Source of the DNA: Antechinus flavipes | Lineage: Eukaryota | NCBI RefSeq assembly: GCF_016432865.1 | Contig: NC_067399.1 | Coordinates: forward strand, 232,252,001 to 232,316,000 | Reading direction: 5' to 3' | DNA length: 64,000 bases | Shown here: positions 59,907 through 64,000 of the stretch, piece by piece | Numbering within the stretch: the stretch's first letter is position 1 | Layout: the number at the start of each line of letters is the position of its first letter | Notes under the pieces: model-generated | Seen by the model: the letters and a program-made list of their open reading frames with translations, nothing else | Databases searched by the model: none | What the model was told of the DNA's origin: nothing | Made by a program: the position numbers and the translations under genes

Positions 59907-60048
59907 TGTTTGTTTGTTTGCTGAGGCAATTAGGATTAAGTGACTTGCCCAGGGTCACACAGCCAGGAAGTGTTAAGTGTCACATTTGAACTCAGGTCCT
60001 CCTGATTTCAGGGCTGCTGCTCTACCCACTGCGCCACCTAATTGCCCC
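59907..60048 (-). mobile_element. WSINE1-like SINE with 16-bp TSD
   Basis: TSD aaa(t/c)ctgttcattttt at 59891-59906 and 60049-60064. Confidence 0.85.
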
Positions 60049-60770
60049 AAACCTGTTCATTTTTCAAGGAAGGAAAAGGCTGCTCAGAAAGAAATGATTT
60101 ATCCAAGATCACTAAGATAACATGGCAGAACTGATTAAAGAACCCAGGTCCTCCCAATTTCAAGCCCACTGTTCATCCTTTCTATTAAGCTACATTAATT
60201 TTGGGTAAGAATTTTTTTTAATGTGAAAAGATGTATTTATATCCTACAAAAGGTACATTTCTGTACTATAAGAAATATCATCATGCCGCAATAAGAAAAT
60301 GAGAGGCAAGGCCAAACATGCGGTCCTTATCCCTACCCAGACAGTCCTGCCTCCTCCCCAAACGATTCTTCTGAATGATTATTGGAGGCAAAACCCTGTT
60401 CTACAGAGTCAGTGGGGCTGATGCAGAGGCTATTACTCATTATAATGAGCTCTCAGAAGAGGGGAAGAAGAGGAAGTTGGAGGCCACAAAACTGCCAGTC
60501 TTGGTGGGGATGGGTCTGTTTACTCTCTGCTAGAGCTTAAGAGCTGGGGGTACCCAGCCCTGACTGATTGGAATAAGAAAATCCCAGGAGATGCCACAAG
60601 ACCTAACTAATTAGTCCCTCTGCTCTTCTAGCTCTACCAGAACTAGTTGTGTGATTCTGACTAAATCACTCCCTTTCTTTGGGTCTTTTTTTTTTTTTAG
60701 AGAGAGATGAACTGCATGAGGTCCTTGATGTTCATGCACCCTTTGTTTTGCGATTTTTCACTAACATTCA

Positions 60771-61025
<255 letters not shown>

Positions 61026-61682
61026 TCAAAAGGGACAGTTGGACACTGAGCTGAGAGAGCAGAAGACTGCAGAGTGCATGCATCACTCAGGCTCAATCCC
61101 AGGAGAAGGCCGAGCGACCTGCTCCTCAATACCACCGGCCACTTGCTGCCTGTGAATTTAATTCACCAAGTATATTAGGTGCCTACTACATACACGACAC
61201 TACGACAGGGAGTGGGAGCACAGAAACAAATTAGCACGGAGCCTGTCCACAAAGATGGTGCATTGTGTCATGTAAAGATCCCTGAATTTCAAGTCACAAA
61301 ACGCAGCTTCAGATTCTGGCTCAGACATTTATCTCTGAGATCTTCAGCAATCTAACCTCTTTGGATCTCCATTTCTTTCCCTGTAAAGTGAAGACAAAGG
61401 ACTAGACTATTAGTAAGAGTAAATCTTATGAACCTAATGAGTTTTATGAACTATATAGTTGAGGACACAAGACCAGGATATTATTAAATAGAATTCAAAA
61501 TAATGTGTAGTAAGAACACTGGAGAAGGTCAAATAAAGTATTCTTGGAGGCCCAAGGAAGGAAAGGTGGGGCTTTTGGATTGTGGTTTTGAGTTTTTTGG
61601 ATGACTCAATGGGAACAGGCTTCCTGGAGGAAGTGGCATTTGAGGTTGGCCTTGAGGGACTAATAGGACATCCATAGGTGGA

Positions 61683-61702
61683 GTGTGTGTGTGTGTGTGT
61701 GT
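61683..61702 (+). repeat. (GT)10 microsatellite
   Basis: Read directly from the sequence. Confidence 0.95.
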
Positions 61703-61949
61703 AAGGGGAAGCAGGATTTGAGACATAATGAATATTATAGCAAAAATGCTACAGCAAAGGTATAAAAGTGAGAAAGACTGGGCCATATTTGGAGGACCAC
61801 GAATCATTCAGTTTACCTAGAACTTAGAATATGTTAGGAGAGATGAGACTACAAATATAGATTTGACTATTCATGAAAGCCGGGATACCAGATCATGGAG
61901 AAGGCAGGCTCACTGCTCAGGCCAGTAATGTTTCTTTTCTTTGAGAAGG

Positions 61950-63420
61950 GATAGTTTACCATGAATCCCTGTTATCTCTTCTACTGTATCTCTCCTTCCC
62001 TTCTCCACTAAGTTCCTTGAGAAAGCTATCTACACTAAAGGCCTCCACTTACTCTCCTGTCATGTGTCTCCTAAACCCTTTGCCACCAGCTTCCAGTCTC
62101 ATAATTTAACTAAAACTTCTCTCTCCAAAGTTGCCAGTGATCTCTTAATTGCCAAAACGAATGGTCTTTTCTCAGTTTTAACCTCCTTGATCTCTCAGGT
62201 CTTGCTGGATACTTTCTCTTCCCTAGGTCTTTATTACACTTTTTTCCTCTTTCTCCTCCAACTTGTCTGAATGCTCCTAGGAATTGTTTATTGGTTCTTC
62301 ATCTGTACTGCGCCTGCTAACTGTGGGTCTCTCCCAAGGCTCCATCCTGGCCCCTCTCTCTGCTCATTCTCTATAGTGTCACTTGGTGATCCCATCAGTT
62401 TTCCAGAGTTCAATTATCTCTTTGCAAACGAATCTCAAACCTATATATTCAGCCTTAATCTTTCTCCTGAACTACAAAACTGCATCAATAACTCCCTGCT
62501 AGAAGTCTTGAACTGGATATTCTATAGGCATCTCAAATTCAACGTGCCCAAAACAAAATGCATTGTCTTAAATTCAAACAAAATTTCCCTGCCCCTATTA
62601 TTGACATAACCATTCTCTTGACAAAGCCAGCTTGAAACTTCAGCTCCCCCTCATCTCAGATACCCAATCCTTTGCCGAATCCTGTCATTTCTACATTTAC
62701 AGAAACTCTCATGTACATCTCCATCTCTCTACACACACAGTCATCAGAGAGATTCAGGTCCCCATCACCTTTCACCTCAACTATTGTAATAATAGCCATC
62801 TGATGTGGTCTCCATGGCTCCAATCTCTCTCCCCATTCTAATCTGTCCAGGTACCAAAGTGATCTCCCTAAAGCGCAGATCTGGCTCTGTCTCTCTGTCT
62901 CTCTCTGTGTCTCTGTCTGTCTCTACCTCCCTCATACATACCCATCTCTCCTCATTCAATAGACTTACCTTTAGGATAAAATACAACGTCCTCTGGTTGG
63001 CATCTAAAGTTGTATACAGCCTGAACCTTTTCTACCTTTCTAGTCTCATTCCACACTTTCTATAATCTGGCCTCCGAGCTCTCCCTTACACATGACACTT
63101 CATCCCCTATCTTGAGGACTTTACACTGGCCAACCCTCATGCTTGTAACACTTCTCATGCACCTGCCTCCTCCCTTTACCTCTTAGCTGCCCTGACTTCC
63201 TTCAAGGCTCCATCCAAGTCCCACCTTCTGTAAGAGGCCTTTCCTGGGATTTCTTCTCGCTAGCCTTTACTAGTCCCTTGCCCCAGAGATTACCTTCCAT
63301 TTACAATGTATATATCTTATATGTACATGGATATTTGCATGCAGTCTCATCAATTTGAAGATGAGCTTCCCCTTTCTTTGTATACCCAGTGCTTAGCACA
63401 GTGATGACATGTCGTGAGCT
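61950..63420 (+). mobile_element. L2 LINE 3' portion (degraded reverse transcriptase and tail)
   Basis: ORF 62064 reads TKTSLSKVASDLLIAKTNGLFSVL, resembling the L2 reverse-transcriptase motif; tail cccagtgcttagcacagtg. Confidence 0.8.
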
Positions 63421-64000
63421 TGTCACCTGACTGCTTGATTTACCCCATTTTACCCTATATCTAGATTCCCATAAACCTGAGATGGAAAACCAAGATGAGT
63501 CCTTGGATTCGATTCTTGCTTTTGACAGACTGGCTGCTTTACCATGGATGAAAAAACTATAGCTAAGGTAATGCAAGTAGCAGAATAGAGGGGAAAAACT
63601 GTTCTGAAACTGGGAGTCTTAGACTTTAGCGCCTGCTTACCATTAACTAGCTGTATGATCTTGAGTCAGTAACTTTCCTTCTCTGTGCTCTAGCTTCTCC
63701 ATCTGTAAAATGGAGATAATCACACTAACTCTATCTGCCTTAAAGGGCTGCTTATAAGAAGATCAAATGACAAAAGGGATGTAAAAAGTTTTGTAAGTTA
63801 AAGGGTAAGAAAGATCTATGTGTTCTATGGGCAAAGGAATGGTCCCCTCATTTAGTGTCATTCCCCAGGAATGATTGGGATTAAGGAGAGTCCATGCTGC
63901 CATTTTTCCCAAGAGAGAAGGAGCAGTAGGGACAAATGGCCCAGGGTTCTGGCCTTTGGAAGATGGGTCAGGCTGGTGTGGGAAAGTGACAATTAGTTCT

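Overview
Marsupial genomic DNA, probably dasyurid (inferred from WSINE1/MAR1-type SINEs and marsupial-type L1 3' ends), from a scaffold with one 311-N gap. It holds three genes in the order and relative orientation of human 20q13.12: the last seven coding exons of SERINC3 (+, 1227-10087), the complete TTPAL coding sequence (-, 31044-22365, 340 aa, CpG-island promoter at about 33.1-33.6 kb), and HNF4A exons 4-10 (-, 61018-49571; promoter and zinc-finger exons lie beyond the window). All 18 coding exons have GT-AG sites and sizes matching the human genes as I recall them, apart from small in-frame differences in three exons. The most unusual structure is HNF4A exon 8 (AF-2 helix, weak donor), flanked by two minisatellites: a CpG-rich 53/54-bp array whose first units each carry a perfect G-quadruplex motif on the sense strand, and a MIR-derived 33-bp array with donor-like and nuclear-receptor half-site motifs. 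Other notable items are a ~610-bp local duplication and endoderm transcription-factor motif clusters 3' of HNF4A, a TA-flanked DNA-transposon MITE nested in a SINE, and changes at conserved SERINC3 residues. I found no evidence of a novel protein-coding system; the long ORFs in the track are repeat artefacts. Comparisons with human or other orthologues are from memory, not alignments.
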